From a virus (Duplodnaviria > Heunggongvirae > Uroviricota > Caudoviricetes), in IMG/VR virus record IMGVR_UViG_3300010430_000005, positions 19,467 through 83,466 of that record: a stretch of 64,000 nt of DNA; one strand, given 5' to 3'. The notes beneath the pieces are model-generated. The model was not told the origin of the DNA, ran no database searches, and saw only the letters and a program-made list of their open reading frames with translations. The translations under genes and the position numbers were made by a program. Positions 63,742 through 64,000 of this stretch are shown in pieces (position 1 is the first letter of the stretch; each line of letters starts with the position of its first letter).

Positions 63742-64000
63742 ATGGATGATGATATCGACAAATTCATTCGCGAAACAAATAAAAACATTGATCGCGATAA
63801 CGAAACAATCGAAAACCACTGGTTCACTCGCTTGAAAAAGCGGGTGATCGGTCTTGAAGCGATTGCAACTTTCCTATACACTGTGTTTTCTTTTGTTAGA
63901 AAATACATTGCCAAACCTTTTTGGAGTGTCGTAAGTTTCTTTTGGGGACATTACCAAAAAATCTGGAAACGTTTTGCGTATGTTAAAAACGAAAAAGGCA
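63742..64000 (+). CDS. hypothetical protein (3' end outside window)
   Basis: RBS aaggaaatccaaATG. Open to the window end. Confidence 0.4.
   Translation, partial: MDDDIDKFIRETNKNIDRDNETIENHWFTRLKKRVIGLEAIATFLYTVFSFVRKYIAKPFWSVVSFFWGHYQKIWKRFAYVKNEKG

Noticed and set aside
1-64000. All minus-strand ORFs in the six-frame track (e.g. 20044..20964, 17051..17467, 61034..61573)
   Set aside because: Each lies entirely antisense to a well-supported + strand gene in a tightly packed unidirectional genome. They lack RBSs and show low-complexity shadow composition, so they are treated as frame shadows.
1-64000. CRISPR arrays, rRNA genes, transposons or integrase/att sites
   Set aside because: No direct-repeat/spacer periodicity, no rRNA-like conserved stretches, no transposase or integrase motifs. 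The only extended repeats are the coding tandem repeats at 17283-17570.

Overview
This 64 kb window is a unidirectional, densely packed stretch of a large T4-like myovirus genome (Straboviridae-type). Every convincing gene is on the + strand, and the minus-strand ORFs in the track are frame shadows.

**Replication and nucleotide-metabolism core.** The window contains gp32 SSB, a UvsX recombinase interrupted by a ~129-aa mini-intein, the gp41 helicase, the gp61 primase, and frd-td-nrdA-nrdB-cd in one block. Flanking it are an endolysin, a spanin pair and T4-style late promoters (TATAAATA).

**Second half (about 30 to 59 kb).** This region looks like an early, accessory region. It holds many small ORFs, each preceded by a near-consensus sigma70 promoter (TTGACA-17-TATATT), and an unusual concentration of RNA-end-healing and RNA quality-control genes:
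- a stand-alone P-loop polynucleotide-kinase-like protein;
- an HNH-fused Rnl2-like RNA ligase;
- a HAD (DxDG) phosphatase;
- a second KxDG RNA ligase;
- a Thg1-like 3'-5' polymerase;
- a Ro60/TROVE+vWA ortholog, placed directly after a promoter-driven tRNA-like RNA that is about 30-40 nt too long to be a canonical tRNA. This RNA is a candidate Y-RNA partner of Ro60.

**Other noteworthy accessory genes.** These are a RelA/SpoT-type HD-domain (candidate (p)ppGpp hydrolase) protein; a ParB-nuclease / FkbM-methyltransferase / sulfotransferase cluster; a large protein with an ADP-ribosyltransferase-like R-S-E motif plus a separate macro-domain protein; a PP-loop ATPase next to a deoxyribosyltransferase-like protein; an SPFH lipoprotein; a PnuC transporter; and a ClpB-like AAA+ protein. 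No CRISPR arrays, rRNA or transposons were seen.

All coordinates were derived by hand, so small start-site errors are possible.
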